The notes beneath the pieces were generated by a model that searched no databases, was not told the DNA's origin, and was given only the letters and a program-made list of their open reading frames with translations. DNA of 64,000 nucleotides, from contig NC_086097.1 of NCBI RefSeq assembly GCF_963921235.1, positions 221,094,001 through 221,158,000 on the forward strand, given 5' to 3'. Below, piece by piece: positions 1 through 11,912 of the stretch. Made by a program: the position numbers and the translations under genes. Within the stretch, counting starts at the first letter, position 1. Each line of letters starts with the position of its first letter. The stretch comes from Mobula hypostoma. Taxonomy: Eukaryota.

Positions 1-476
1 ACAGTTTTTGTGCAGTTAGTCAAAGTAGAAAGAACTGCTCTACGTTAGGAGGCATGATGGTGGCTGTTATTGTTGCGATATGAGTCCGTGTGAGTGTGAG
101 TGGGTTTCCAATTGACGCCATGTCTGAGGCTACCATCCGGGTTCTGTTGTATTAGAATGTCCAGGAACGGGAAGCAACCATTCTTCTCCATCTCCATGGT
201 AAATGGAATATTTGGATGTGTGCTGTCCTGATGGTCGTGGAACTGTTGGAGTGCCTGAAGTCCATGAGGCCACACTACGAAGGTGTCATTGACATATCTG
301 GAGAAGCATTTGGGGCACAAGGGCGGTGAACTCCGAGCCCTCTCCTCAAAGTCCTCCATGTAGAAATTAGCAATAGCCAACAACAAGGGCGATCCCACGG
401 CCACTCTGTCCGTTTGTTCATTGTAGTTCCCCTAACGGAGGAAGTACATTGATATAAGGGTATGCTTAAGGGTGTG
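1..476 (-). mobile_element. Penelope-like element (Poseidon/Penelope type), RT fragment; continues off the left edge
   Basis: Minus-strand translation ..EQTDRVAVGSPL..IANFYMEDFEE..RYVNDTFVVW..HPNIPFTMEMEKNGCFPFLDILI..KPTHT..SHH matches PLE RT motifs (GSP, RYVDD, FTxE, PFLD, KPT). Confidence 0.85.
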
Positions 477-1086
477 ATCCTGAAGAAATACTGAATTAAT
501 ATCATTCACAAACCTGTACGGAAGCTCAAATCACAACTTATGCGGTTCGAAGATGACCTGGGACTCAGGACGGCTGGAGTTCACAGGATTCCCTGTGAAT
601 GCAGAGCAGTGAATATTGCCATGGTGGAAGCCCGCATCAAAAAGCACAGGAGGTGTATCCATTAGGTTTACCCGGAGAAACTGGCGGCCGCAGAACATTG
701 CATTCACAATGGCCATAGGATTGACTTTGACCGCACAAAACTACTGTGCCACGTCACTGGGTTTTGGAACCACTGGGTGAAGGAAGCCATTGAAATAAAA
801 CTAGAGGAAAAGAATTTTACCCAAGATGAAGGTCTTGCTCTAAGTAAGAACTGGAACTCGATTGTAAGCAAGGTGGGAGAGTGGAAACCTGATTGGATGA
901 GGACTAACCAATCAGGAGGGTCGGTCTAGGGGGTATAAATACCACCGGACTAGACATGCCCAGACATCATCCCTGATGAAGATGGCAGAGGTTATCATTG
1001 GAATGTCAGTTACAGTCGATACCCGTCTCCAGCTGAAAACCTGAGAAGAGTTTATTCATCATATACGCCGGGGAGGCCCTAGATCC
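477..1086 (+). mobile_element. Penelope-like element, GIY-YIG endonuclease remnant plus 3' PLTR, inverted relative to the RT part
   Basis: Manual + strand translation LKKY*INIIHKPVRKLKSQL..AGVHRIPCECRAVNI..RIKKHRR..AAAEHCIHNGHRIDFDRTKLL..KEAIEI..NFTQDEGLALSKNW, with stops. Followed by CCAAT/TATA-like motifs and a hammerhead-like motif. Confidence 0.85.
969..1010 (+). ncRNA. Degenerate minimal hammerhead ribozyme motif in the PLTR
   Basis: ATCC-CTGATGA-A-GATGGCAG..TTATCATT (stem II)-GGAAT (for GAAAC)-GTC. The core is mutated, so it is probably inactive. Confidence 0.5.
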
Positions 1087-1189
1087 TTTTTCTGTACATA
1101 TTTGTACACAAGGCCATAGTTAATGATATAATATTTTGTCTTTGTTGGCTTCCTTGGAGATTGTTTTCAGCCTTGCTGGCTTTGCCAGT

Positions 1190-1545
1190 GTCATAGAGAA
1201 GTACAGCACAGGAACAGGCCCTTTGGCCTATCTAGTCCATGCTGAACCATTTAAACTGCTTAATCCCATCAACCTGCACTGGGACCATAGCCCTCCATAC
1301 CCCTAGCATGCATCCACGTACCTATCCAAACTTCTCTTAAACATTGAAATTGAGTTTGAATGCACCACTTGTGCTGGCGGCTGGTTACACACTCTCATGA
1401 CCCTCTGAGTGAAGAAGTTTCCCCTTATGTTCCCCTTAAACTTCTCACTTTCACCCTTAACCCATGACCTCTGGTTGTAGCCCCACCCAACCTCAGTGGA
1501 AAAAGCCTGTTTATGTTTACCCCTCATAATTTTGTATACTTACCA
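1190..1545 (-). mobile_element. CR1 LINE 3' fragment
   Basis: Encodes KFKGNIRGNFFTQRVMRVCNQPP..FKRSLDRY (CR1 ORF2 C-terminus) followed by a CR1-type 3' UTR and tail. Confidence 0.85.
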
Positions 1546-1621
1546 GATTAATACTGCGCTATATGTTGTTTCTGGTAAGATGGCAGTGTGCTTGGATGCA
1601 GTGGCTTCTCCGGGTCCAACC

Positions 1622-2150
1622 TAGAGTTGCCAACTGTCCCGTATTAGCTGGGACATTCCGTGTATTGGGCTAAATTGGTTTGTCCCATAAGGGACCGCCC
1701 TCATCCCGTATTTCCTCCTCTAAGGTAGAGCGTTCCTATGAAACCGTTCCTAAGCCGAAATGGCGTACAGCGAAGAAGCAATTGCCATTAATTCATATGG
1801 GAAAAATTTTTGAGCGTTCCGAGACCCAAAAAATAACTGCCAGATCATACCAAATAACACATAAAACCTAAAATAACACTAGTATATAGTAAAAGCAGGA
1901 ATGATATGATAAATACACAGCCTATATAATGTAGAAATAATGTACGTACAGTGTAGTTTCACCTACCAGAATCGGGAAGACTAAGCCAAAACCGAGAAGC
2001 TCGTCACACATGCGCACATCACGCATGCGCACACAGGTGCCCGCGCAAGGCTTCATGGTCACGGTAGTCTTTCTCGGGGTAAACACAAGTGTCCCGTATT
2101 TGACTGCTACTTTTGTCCCTTACTTGGGAGTGAGAAAGTTGGCAACCCTG
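1622..2150. mobile_element. hAT-type MITE (TIR TAGGGTTGCCAAC family) carrying Tigger-derived internal sequence
   Basis: Ends TAGAGTTGCCAAC / GTTGGCAACCCTG. Repeated GTCCCG subterminal motifs. A second copy lies in the opposite orientation at 51392-52401. Confidence 0.75.
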
Positions 2151-2667
2151 GCAACCAAAGGTGTAATTGTTCATTCCTCATGTCTTTTTCACCCTCACAA
2201 GACACCGCTGATCGTCAAGGACATTAAGTGCTACAGGTCTACCCCTTCAGCGAGTTGCTCGATAGTGGCGGACCTGGATTTGTGGCCATCATGTTGCAGC
2301 CTGCTTTAACCACCCAGGGAAGAAGCAGTCAGAGGCGCGGCGCGGAGGCAGTGCACGGTCCTACAAATGGCGCGAGTGATTGTCTTGGACATTGCTCATG
2401 TGATTGCAAGACCCTGTTGGACACTGGTAATGCAGAACACTGCAAATCCAGTCCACTGGTTTATTAGTGAAATCGATGGTGGGGGCAGCTGCGTGGCCTC
2501 AGGTATGGTGCAGACCAGGCCTTCCTGCCTCGGGGTTGACAGTTACAGTCGCAAGGGAAGGAAGCATTGGCTGCAACTGGCATCCCTGAGGCAGGAAGGC
2601 CTCAGAAGCACAGTGCTGCTGTGTGATGCAGGATTCTGTGCTGGGTAGGGGGCAGGCCCCTCCTGTC

Positions 2668-2851
2668 AGTGCGCCCTCTAGTGTCCGCTCAGTGGAAGAC
2701 AAGCCGGATTGTCTAGTGTGCCCCCCAGTGTTCGCTCAGTGGAAGACAAGCCGGATTGTCTAGTGCGCTCTCTAGTGTTCGCTCAGTGGAAGACAAGCCA
2801 GATTGTCTAGTGCGCCCTCTAGTGTTTGCTCAGTGGAAGACAAGCTGGATT
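2668..2851. repeat. 47-bp minisatellite, about 4 units
   Basis: Unit TCTAGTGTTCGCTCAGTGGAAGACAAGCCGGATTGTCTAGTGCGCCC recurs at about 2677, 2724, 2771 and 2818. Confidence 0.95.
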
Positions 2852-3196
2852 GCATGCGCCTGTGGCTGCACTGTGCGAGGTGAGAGCAGCTGTATCCTTG
2901 TTCTTGCATAAATGGGGCCAACTCATTCCACACTCTCATGAGTCTCTGAGTGAAGAAGTTTAACCTCATGTTCCCCTTAAACTTAAATATTATTGTGCCA
3001 TCAAACTATAGGCCATGACAATCAGGGTCTTGAGCTATAATATCACTAATTTTTTGTGACTGTATGTTTTTCTGCCATTGTAAATGTGCAGTGTGCTGTG
3101 TGTGACTGTTGGTATTGTGTTTTTCACCTTGGCCCCGCAGAAACGCTGGTTCGTTTGGCTCTATTCATGTGTATGGTTGAATGACAACTAAACTTG

Positions 3197-6100
3197 TTTT
3201 GGTCAATTTGTACAGTCCTAACTTAGATGATCCTTTTTTAAAAAAAGGTATTTGCTTTACTGCCTGATTTAAATGAATATATGTTGATAATGGGTGGGGA
3301 TTTTAACTGTTGTGTAAATCCTTTGATTGACAAGAGCTCAACCAATCAGCAACTTCCAAATCGACTGATTTTGGATTGATTGAATTATGGAGATACCTGC
3401 ACCCTGATAACAGAGAATATTTTTTCTTTTCACATGTTTATAAAAAATATTTGAGTATCAATTATATTATAATCGATCCTTGCTTCTTGCCTAGTGTTAA
3501 AAACTGTGAATATGACGCTATTGCTATATCTGATCATGTGCCTCTAAGTTTGTCTTTTGAATTTGATGATGAAGTTCTTGCCCGTCCACCATGGCGCATG
3601 TCTCAGACATTATTGCAAAACTCTGACTTTGTCAGCTTTATTGAAACCCAGATAAAAGATTGTTTTCTTTTTAATGATATAGGGGGTACGTCTAAATTAA
3701 TCATATGGGATACATTTAAAGCATTTTTACATGGTCAGATCATTTCTTATTCAGCTAAGCTTAAAAAACAGACTAAAGTAGAATTAGATAAGATTTCAAA
3801 ACAAATTAAAGACAGATAATATTTATGCAATTTCTCCTAATATTGATTTATTCAAACAAAGGGTGGAACTTCAATCACAATATTATCTACTATTAACTCA
3901 TCCTATTGAAGGCTATTTGCTTAAGTTAAAGAGCCAATTTTATATGTTTGGAGATAAAAATAACAAACTGCTTGCGTCTCAATTAAAAATAGCTGCAGCC
4001 AAAAGGCGAATTTTGAAAATCCGTAGGAAAGATGGTACCCTGGCTTGGGAATATGAAGAAATTAATAAGATTTTTATACTGAACCTTATAAATCTCAATG
4101 TCCAGTAGATTCTTCTAAAATGAATGCTTTCTTACGAAAGATTGCTTTTCTTAAAATTTCTGTTGAGGATCAAAAAACTCGTGATGCCCAAATTACTGAA
4201 GCCGAAATTCATAAAGTTATTTTTTCAATGTAATCTGGTAAGGCCCCTGGACTTGATGGCTATCCTGTAGAATTTTATAAAAAATTTAGAAAATTGCTTT
4301 CTCCGTATATGTTGGAAATGTTTAAGGATTCTTTTGTGAAATGTGATTTACCCTGAACTTTCTATTAGGCTTCTAATTCTTTAATTTTTAAAAAGGATAA
4401 AGATCCTACTGATTGTGCCTCATATAGACCTATTTCATTATTGAATGTCGATGCTAAGATTCTGTCAAAGATAACGGCCAATCAGTTGGAGAATATTTTG
4501 GGTAAAATTATTTTAAAATATCAAACAGGCTTTATAAAGGGTCGTTATTCTTTTTAAATATTTGGAGATTATTTAACATTATATATTCGTCGTCTTTTAA
4601 AACTCCACAATGTGTCGTCTCTTTGGATGCTGAAAAAGCATTCGATCGAGTCGAATAGAAATACTTATTTAATGTTTTAGGGAAATTTGGCTTTGGTGTT
4701 AATTTTAATAATTGGATTAGAATGATATATAAAACTCCTATTGCTACTGTTATTATTAAAAACTGTAGGTCTCCTTTTTTTCAGCTTTCACGGGGGACAA
4801 GACAAGGTTGTCCATTAAGTCCTTTGTTATTTAATTTAATATTAGAACCACTTGCTAAAGCTCTTTGTAAAGCTAAAGATATTTATGGAATTTTTGTAAA
4901 TGAGACCATTCATAAAATTTCTCTTTACGCTGACGATTTATTGGTTTATATCTCCAAATCCGAGGAATCTATTCCTGCCTTGCTAAAATTATTTAATGAA
5001 TTTGGAGATTTTTCAGGATATAAAATAAATTTTAGTAAAAGTGAACTGTTTCCTTTAAATGAATCTGTTTCTATATATGATAATACTCCTTTCAAAGTCA
5101 TGGATTCTTTTAGATATTTAGGTATTATAATCACTAAAAAATATAAGGATCTTTAGAAAGCTAATTTTGTTCCCTTGGTAGATTCTATGAAGTATTTATC
5201 TAGTAGATGGAGTCCGCTTACATTTTCACTTGTTGGTTGCATCCATATAGTCAAAATGATGATTTTACCAAAATATTTATATTTATTTCAGAATATCCTT
5301 ATTTTTTGACTAGGAAGTTTTTTGATTGGATTAATTCTATTATTTTGTCTTTTATTTGCAATAATAAAAGACCAAGAATTAGTGAATATCACTTACCAAA
5401 GTTGAAAAAGGATGGTGGTCTCACTTTGCCTAATTTAAGAATGTATTACTGGGCTGTTAATGTGCGATACATGTCCTTTTGGTTACACTGGGTTGATAAG
5501 AACGATCGGCCACTTTGGGTAGACTTGGAATTGAAAGCTGTGAAACAGTTTTATTTAACCTCGTTATTGGGAGCTGCTTTACCTATACAGTTAGCTAAAG
5601 TTGCTAATTTAAACTTATACCCTGCGATTAAGCATTCTTTACAAACTTAGCTCCAGTTCTGCAATTTTTTTAATCTTAAAAAATTTAAACTTTGTAGTTT
5701 AATTTATCGAAATTACTTTTATAAGCCTTCTTTGAGTGATCCAATTTTTTTTTACTTTGGAAAAATAAAGGTATTAATTCTTTTTTGGATTTATTTGAGG
5801 AAGATAGACTGATGTCTTTTGAACAATTAGATGATAAATTTTCTCTTTCTTACTCACACTTTTTACAATAGCTTCAAGTTAGACATTTCTTACAAAAATA
5901 TTTAAGTAATTTTCCTTACATATTGGATGCTGACCTGTTAGATACTATTATGAATATGAACCCTCTGGTGAAGGGTTCCATTGGAAGAATTTATGATTTA
6001 CTATTATAATGGGATAAGTGTCCTTTATTTAAGATTAAACAAGATTGAGAAAAGGAACTTAACTTGACTTTTATGACGGAGGATTGGATGTGAATTCTAA

Positions 6101-7505
6101 AGCTGGTTAACTTTTCTTCGATCTGTGTTCGTCATTCACTGATTCAATTTAAAATAGTACATCATTACCATTTGACGAAGGAGAGATTGTCTAAAATATT
6201 TCCTAACGTTGATAGTTATTGTGATAGATGTAAAACTGAGATAGCTACACTGACACACATGCTTTGGTCTTGCTCTATACTGGAACAGTTCTGGAAGTCA
6301 GTTTTTTTGACAATTTCTAAAGCACTTAAAATTAATTTACAACCTAACAAATTAACTGTGCTTTTTGGAATAATTCCTCAAAATATCCATGGTATCCCTT
6401 TGTCTGACCAACGTGCTATTGCATTTGTTACATTGATAGCTAGGAAGGGCATTTTGTTGAAGTGGAAGGGTACACCGGCTCCCACAATGTTTCGTGATGC
6501 TATGTCTTAGTTTGGAGAAAATTAGAAGTCGAACCTTTGAACCTATGTTTGATTTTGAGAAAAGGTGGGGTTCATTTGCTCATTATTATCATTTGAGTTA
6601 ATTGATAGATTTCTTCCACGATCTAGTTGTAAATTTTTGGTACTTTTTTTTCTTGCTGGAGGTTTGATGTTTATCTTTAGAAGCTTTTTGTATGACGCGT
6701 GGTTCCGGGATTGAACACCTAATGGTTTTTTTTCTCACTTTTTCTTGCTTAGTAGGGTTTTTTTTCCTCTTTATCACCAAAATTTTTTAAAATCTTTAAA
6801 ATAATGTTTTTTTTCTTGAGACATTGTAAGTGTTGCTTACTTCGATGTACTCGTGTTAATTTTGGATAATAATAAGGTAAGGAGTTTCTTCTTTTATGTT
6901 ACTGCGTATGTTGATTAAAATGGCTTCTTTGTTATGTTAAGTGCTGAGAAACTCTCTAGCTAGCAGTTTGCTTGGGTTATATTATTGATAACAGGGCAAA
7001 TGAACCAATGGGTGTCCATGTTATTCCTTCTGGGGGTGTTATGCTGTCTCATATAGCTGGGAAACGGGGTTCTGGGGGCGGGGAGTTGGAGGAGAGACCG
7101 GGAGGACGACCGACATGCTGGGAGCGCTCTGGTCAATCACTTTGGGTGGTCCTGAGCTGCGAGTTGAAGGGGTCAGAGTGGATCACAGGGGGAAGAAAGA
7201 AGGTCCTGAGCTCCAACTGTGTGTGCACGAAGAAATTGAACTTTGATAAGTCTGGCTCCTTTTTTTTCATGCCCTTTTGTATTGTACCTCTATTAATCTT
7301 ATTGTCATAGTAATATCTATAAAGTGTAATTGGTAAAGTATACATTGTGTGCTGGCTGATGATTGATGTTTGAAGCCCAATCAGGTGGCATTGCACAGCA
7401 ACCGACGTAAGCGGGAGACAAGGTTGGGCTGCGGACGGAGTTCCCCCTAGATGAATACGAGTCAATATAGCTGAGTGTTACAATAATAAAAAGATGTGAA
7501 AGGAG
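3197..7505 (+). mobile_element. 5'-truncated, decayed L1-clade LINE (ORF2: APE endonuclease, RT, C-terminal CCHC)
   Basis: Endonuclease motifs LVNLYSPN, MGGDFNC, ISDHVPL; RT motifs RGTRQGCPLSPLLF, SLYADDL; C-terminal CDRC..HMLWSC. Many stops and frameshifts. 9-bp TSD CTAAACTTG at 3188-3196 and 7506-7514. Confidence 0.92.
6876..7482 (+). mobile_element. Solo LTR (Gypsy-like) inserted in the L1 3' end
   Basis: 607 bp. Ends GGTAAG (decayed TG) ..GTGTTACA. 4-bp TSD ATAA at 6872-6875 and 7483-7486. Layout resembles the LTR at 58505-59093. Confidence 0.7.
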
Positions 7506-8214
7506 CTAAACTTGAACTTGAACTTGGAATTCCTTCAGCAATAATTCATTTGATCAGACTTAAGCTGAAAATTTGTGCTTTGCTACTGGACTCTGAAGAT
7601 CACTGACTGGGAAATAGACAGTGTGGGCTTAATATATTGTACAACCAGCTTTTGAAAAGCTGTAACTTCATTCAATGTCGGAGAATTAGGCAAATGCCTG
7701 AGAATTATGCCAAGTTCTTTATCTCACTGATTGCTGTCTTGTTACAATAGTCAAGATGCATATTATATTTTAGAAACATTGTCAATTGGAATAGCCTATG
7801 GATGTGTATTTCTCAATGCTGCCTAACATTTTGAACTTTGTTTCAATTCTTGCAATCTTTTCCTGAGCCAGCATTTCCTTTTCATAATGAGTACTTGTCA
7901 CATTTATGTACATCAAAACATACAGGGAATGTCTGGGATTCTCAGAACAGAGACAGAGACCGGGCCGCCAGGTATCTCCGCATAGCGGAGAGGGTGGCTA
8001 ATATAATGTGGAGGGGGGAGCTGCGGGAGAAGATGTCAATCAAACGTGAGTACACAGGATCCTTAATGAAAGGCATTGTTTGCAATAAGTAAATCAGTGA
8101 GGATTTGCCTTGATTTTATAAAAAAAATTTATAAAAGCTCCAATAACCTCATCCCTGGGAGAGGAAGGATCTAGAAGATAGGCTACTGTACTCTGGTGAG
8201 CTGCTGTTGGCCGC

Positions 8215-10710
8215 CTATGCTCATGTAGTTGTGACAGGAGGAAGTCCAAGTTCATGGTTGACTGTCATTCAACCATACAGAAGGGCAGGAAACTGAAGAG
8301 GATGGCAGCAGTAATAGGGGACTCTATAGTTAGGGGTACAGACAGGCAATTCTGTGGACACAAAAAGGAAACACAGATGATAGTTTGCCTCTCAGGTGCC
8401 AGGGTCCGTGATGTTTCTGAATGTGTCCGCAATATCCTGAAAAACGAGGGTGAGCAGCCAGAAGTCATGGTACATAATGGTACCAATGACATAGGTAGAA
8501 AAGGGAGGAGGTCCTGAAAACAGAATACAGGGAGTTAGGAAGGAAGTTGAGAAGCAGGATCTCATGATTACTGCCTGCGCCATGCAACAGTGAGGATAGG
8601 AATAGAATGAGGGGGCAGATAAATGCATGGCTGAAGAATTGGAGCAGGGGGCAAAGATTCATGTTTCCAGATAATTGAGATTTCTTCTGGGGTGGGTGTG
8701 ACCTGTACAGAAGAGATGGGTTGCACTTGAATCCAAGGGGGACAAATATCCTTGTAGGCAGGTTTACTAGAACTGTTGGGAATGGTTTAAACTAATATGG
8801 CAGGGTGATGGGAATGAGTATGACAGAGCTGAGGATGAGCCAGCAGGTTTACAAGTAGATGATGGGTGTAATATGAATGTAAGGGAGGACAAGCCAATGT
8901 TTGGGTACAAAGGCAGAGAGAGCAAAGAGTTCAATTGTACCACAGATGCAAAATTCATAAGGGCAAAGAATGCAGGACTGAAGGAGATGTATTTAAATGC
9001 ACATAGCACTCGGAATAAGGTGGATGAACTTGTGGCACAATTAGAGATTGGTCGGTATGACTGAGTCGTGGCTGACAGAAGTTGGGAGTTTAACATCAAA
9101 GGATATACCTTGTATTGAAAGGACAGGCAGGAAGGCATAGGTGGTGGTGTGGCTCTATTGGTAAGGGATGGAATTACATCTTTAGAAAGAGGTGACATTG
9201 GGTCAGAGAATGTTGAACCTTTGTGGGTGGAGTTAAGAAACTGCAAAAGTAAAAAAAAAACATTATGGGAATCATATACAGGCCTCCAAATAGCAGTCAA
9301 GATGTGGGGTTGAGATTGCAAAGGGAGCTGGAGAAGGCATGTAATGATAGTAATGTCACAATTGTAGTGAAGGTCTTCAATATATAAGGGGATTGGAAAA
9401 ATCAAGTTGGTGTTGGATCGCAAGAGAGGGAATTTGCTGAAATCCTATGGGATGGCTTCTTAGAACAGCTTGTGCTCAATCCTACTAGAGGAAAGGTTAT
9501 CTTAGATTGGGTGTTGTGTAATAACCCAGATCTTATTAGGGAGCTTAATGTAAAGGAGGCAGTGATCATAATATGAGTGGATTCATGCTGCATATCGAGA
9601 GGGAGAAGCGTAAGTCATATGTGTCAGTAGCACAAGGGAATTGCAGAGTCATGAGAGAGAAGCTTGCCCAGGTGGATTGGAGGGGGATACTGACAGGGAT
9701 GATGGCAGAACTGAGGTGGCTGAAGTTTGTGGGAGTGGTTCACGAGGTGCATGGTAGATATATCCCACAGCAGAAGTTGTTTTCAAATGGCTGGGGTAGG
9801 TAACCAAGGCTGACAAGGGAAGTTAAGGACTGCATAAGATCCAAGGAAAAGGCACATAAGGTAGCAAAAGTGAGTGGGAAGATGGATGATTGGGAAGTTT
9901 TTAAAATCCAAAAGGTAACTAAAAAGCTTTAAGAAAGGGAAAAAAACGAAATATGAGGGCAAACTAGCCGATAATATAAAGGAGGATACTATAGTATTTT
10001 ATACTATAGTATTTATAGTATATAAAGAATAAAAGGGAGGTGAGAGTTGATATTGGACCACTGGAAAATGATGCTGATGAGGTAATAATGAGGGACAAAG
10101 AAATGGCAGATGAAGTTAATGGGTTCTTTGCTTCAGTCTTTACTGTGGAAGACACTAGCAGTGTGCCAGAGGTCCATGAGTGTCAGGGTGCGGGAGTGAG
10201 TGCCATTGTTATTACGAAGGAAGAAGTGCAAGGCAAGCTCAAAGGCCTTATGGTGGATAAGTCAGCCGGACCAGATGGACTACATCCCAGAGTCCTGAGA
10301 GAGGTTGCTGAAGAGATAATGAATGTATTAGTCATGATCTTTCAAGAATCATTTGATTCTGGCATGGTCCCAGAGGACTGGAAAATTGCAATCATCGCTC
10401 CACTCTTTAAGAAGGGAGGAAGGCAAAAGAGAGGAAATTATAGGCCAGTTGGCCTAACCTCAATGGTTGAGAAAGTGTTGGATTCCATTAGCAAGGACAA
10501 GATTTCAGGGTAGTTGGAGACTAATGATAAAATAAGTCAAAGTCAGCATGGTTTCTGTGAGGGGAGATCTTGCCTGACAAATCTGTTAGAATTCTTCAAA
10601 GAAGTAACAAGCAGGGTGGATAAAGAAAAGGCAGTGGATGTCATTTCCTTAGATTTTCAGAAGGTATTTGATAAGGTGCCTCACATGAGGCTACTTAACA
10701 AGATAAAATC
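8215..10710 (+). mobile_element. Decayed CR1 LINE (ORF1 SGNH esterase-like, ORF2 endonuclease and first half of RT)
   Basis: ORF1 AVIGDSIVRG and VHNGTNDIG. ORF2 MYLNAHS, KSAGPDGLHP, NYRPVGLTS, SQHGF, DFQKVFDKVPH. Truncated at 10710. Confidence 0.9.
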
Positions 10711-11187
10711 TCCTGCCTTCTCCCCAAATGCATTCATGCCCTGACCAATCAAGAATATATCAACCTCTGCCTTAAGTCTTCATAAAAACTTGCCCTCCAC
10801 TGCTGCCTGTAGCAAAGAATTTCACAGATTCACCATGCTCTGGCTAAAGAAATTCCTTCTCATCTCTGTTCTAAAAGGATGCCCTTCTATTCTGAGGCCA
10901 TGTCCTCTGCTCTTAGACACTCCCACCATAGGAAACATCCTCTCTACATTCACTCTGTCGAGGTCTTTCAACAGTCGATAGATTTCAATGAGGACACCCC
11001 TCATTCTCCTGAATTCTAGTGAATACAGACCCAGTGTTATCAGACACTCTTGATATGACAGGCAATTCAATCCTGGAATCATTTTCATGAACATCCTTTG
11101 AACCCGCTCTAGTTTCATCACGTCCTTTCTCAGATAGAGGGCCCAGACCTGCTCATAATACTCCAAGTGAGGCCTCAGCAGTGCCCT
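10711..11187 (-). mobile_element. CR1 3' ORF2 fragment joined tail-to-tail to the preceding copy
   Basis: ORF 10822..11166 LERVQRMFMKMIPGL..LYSLEFRRMRG..RNFFSQSMVNL. No 3' tail at the junction. Confidence 0.85.
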
Positions 11188-11211
11188 GAATGTGCAAAGG
11201 GTGGGAGAATG

Positions 11212-11912
11212 TTATCCACAATTCTCTGGAACTTCCACCACCTCCATTGGGATCCCACTATGAAGCACATCTTTCCCTCCCCCCCCACTCTCTCTCTTTT
11301 AGCAGGGGTCACTCTCTACGCAACTCCCTTGTCCATTCGTCCCTCCCCTTGCAAGCAGAAAAAGTGCTACATTTACTACCGCACTACCATTCAGAGCCCC
11401 AAACAGTCCTTCAAGGTGAGGCAACACTTCATCTGTGACTCTGTCTGGGTCATAAACTGTGTCCGGTGGTCCCGTTGTGGACTCCTGTATATTCTTGAGA
11501 CTGCTTCGCTGAGCACCTATGCTCTGTCTGCCAGAACAAGCGGGATCTTCAGGTCATAAGCCCCCACCCTCTCCTTCACCAGTCCCCATTCCCTTTTCCC
11601 TCTCTCACCTCCCTCTGGTGCTCCTCCACCCTTTTCTTTCCTCCATGGCCTTCTGTCTCCACCTATCAGATTCCCCTTCTCCGGGCCTGTATCTCCTTCA
11701 CCAATCAACTTCCCAGCTCTTTACTTCATCCCTCCCCCTCCTGGTTTCACCTATCACCTGATGTTTCTCTCTCCCCTCCCCCACCTTTTAAAACTACTCC
11801 TCATCTTTTTTTCTCTCCAGTCCTGCTGAAGGGTCTCGACCGAAACGTCGACTATACTTTTTTCCCCAGATGCTGCCTGGCCTGTTCAGTTCCTCCAGCA
11901 TTTTGCGTGTGC
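11212..11912 (+). mobile_element. Neptune-type Penelope-like element 3' fragment (Cys-rich linker, GIY-YIG, pyrimidine-rich UTR, hammerhead tail)
   Basis: ILWNFHHLHWDPTMKHIFPSPP..PCKQKKC..FKVRQHFICDSVWVINCVRWSRCGLLYILET is a decayed FTC..VIY.I.C..C.L.YIGET. Confidence 0.8.
11819..11853 (+). ncRNA. Minimal type I hammerhead ribozyme motif with one core substitution
   Basis: AGTC (stem I)-CTGCTGA-AG-GGTC TC GACC (stem II)-GAAAC-GTC-GACT (stem I'). Canonical core is CUGANGA..GAAA..NUH. Confidence 0.7.

Larger units (their letters stand above)
1570..3196 (+). mobile_element. Probable non-coding, non-autonomous retroelement, interrupted by a hAT MITE, a tandem repeat, a CR1 piece (~2920-2985) and the L1
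   Basis: Starts ..TAAGATGGC. Ends AATGACAACTAAACTTG, with a (AACTTG)n tail that resumes at 7506-7526 after the L1. Same start/tail architecture as 46630-47218. Confidence 0.35.

Noticed and set aside
2668..2851. CRISPR-like array
   Set aside because: Units are contiguous with no unique spacers, the context is eukaryotic, and there are no cas genes.
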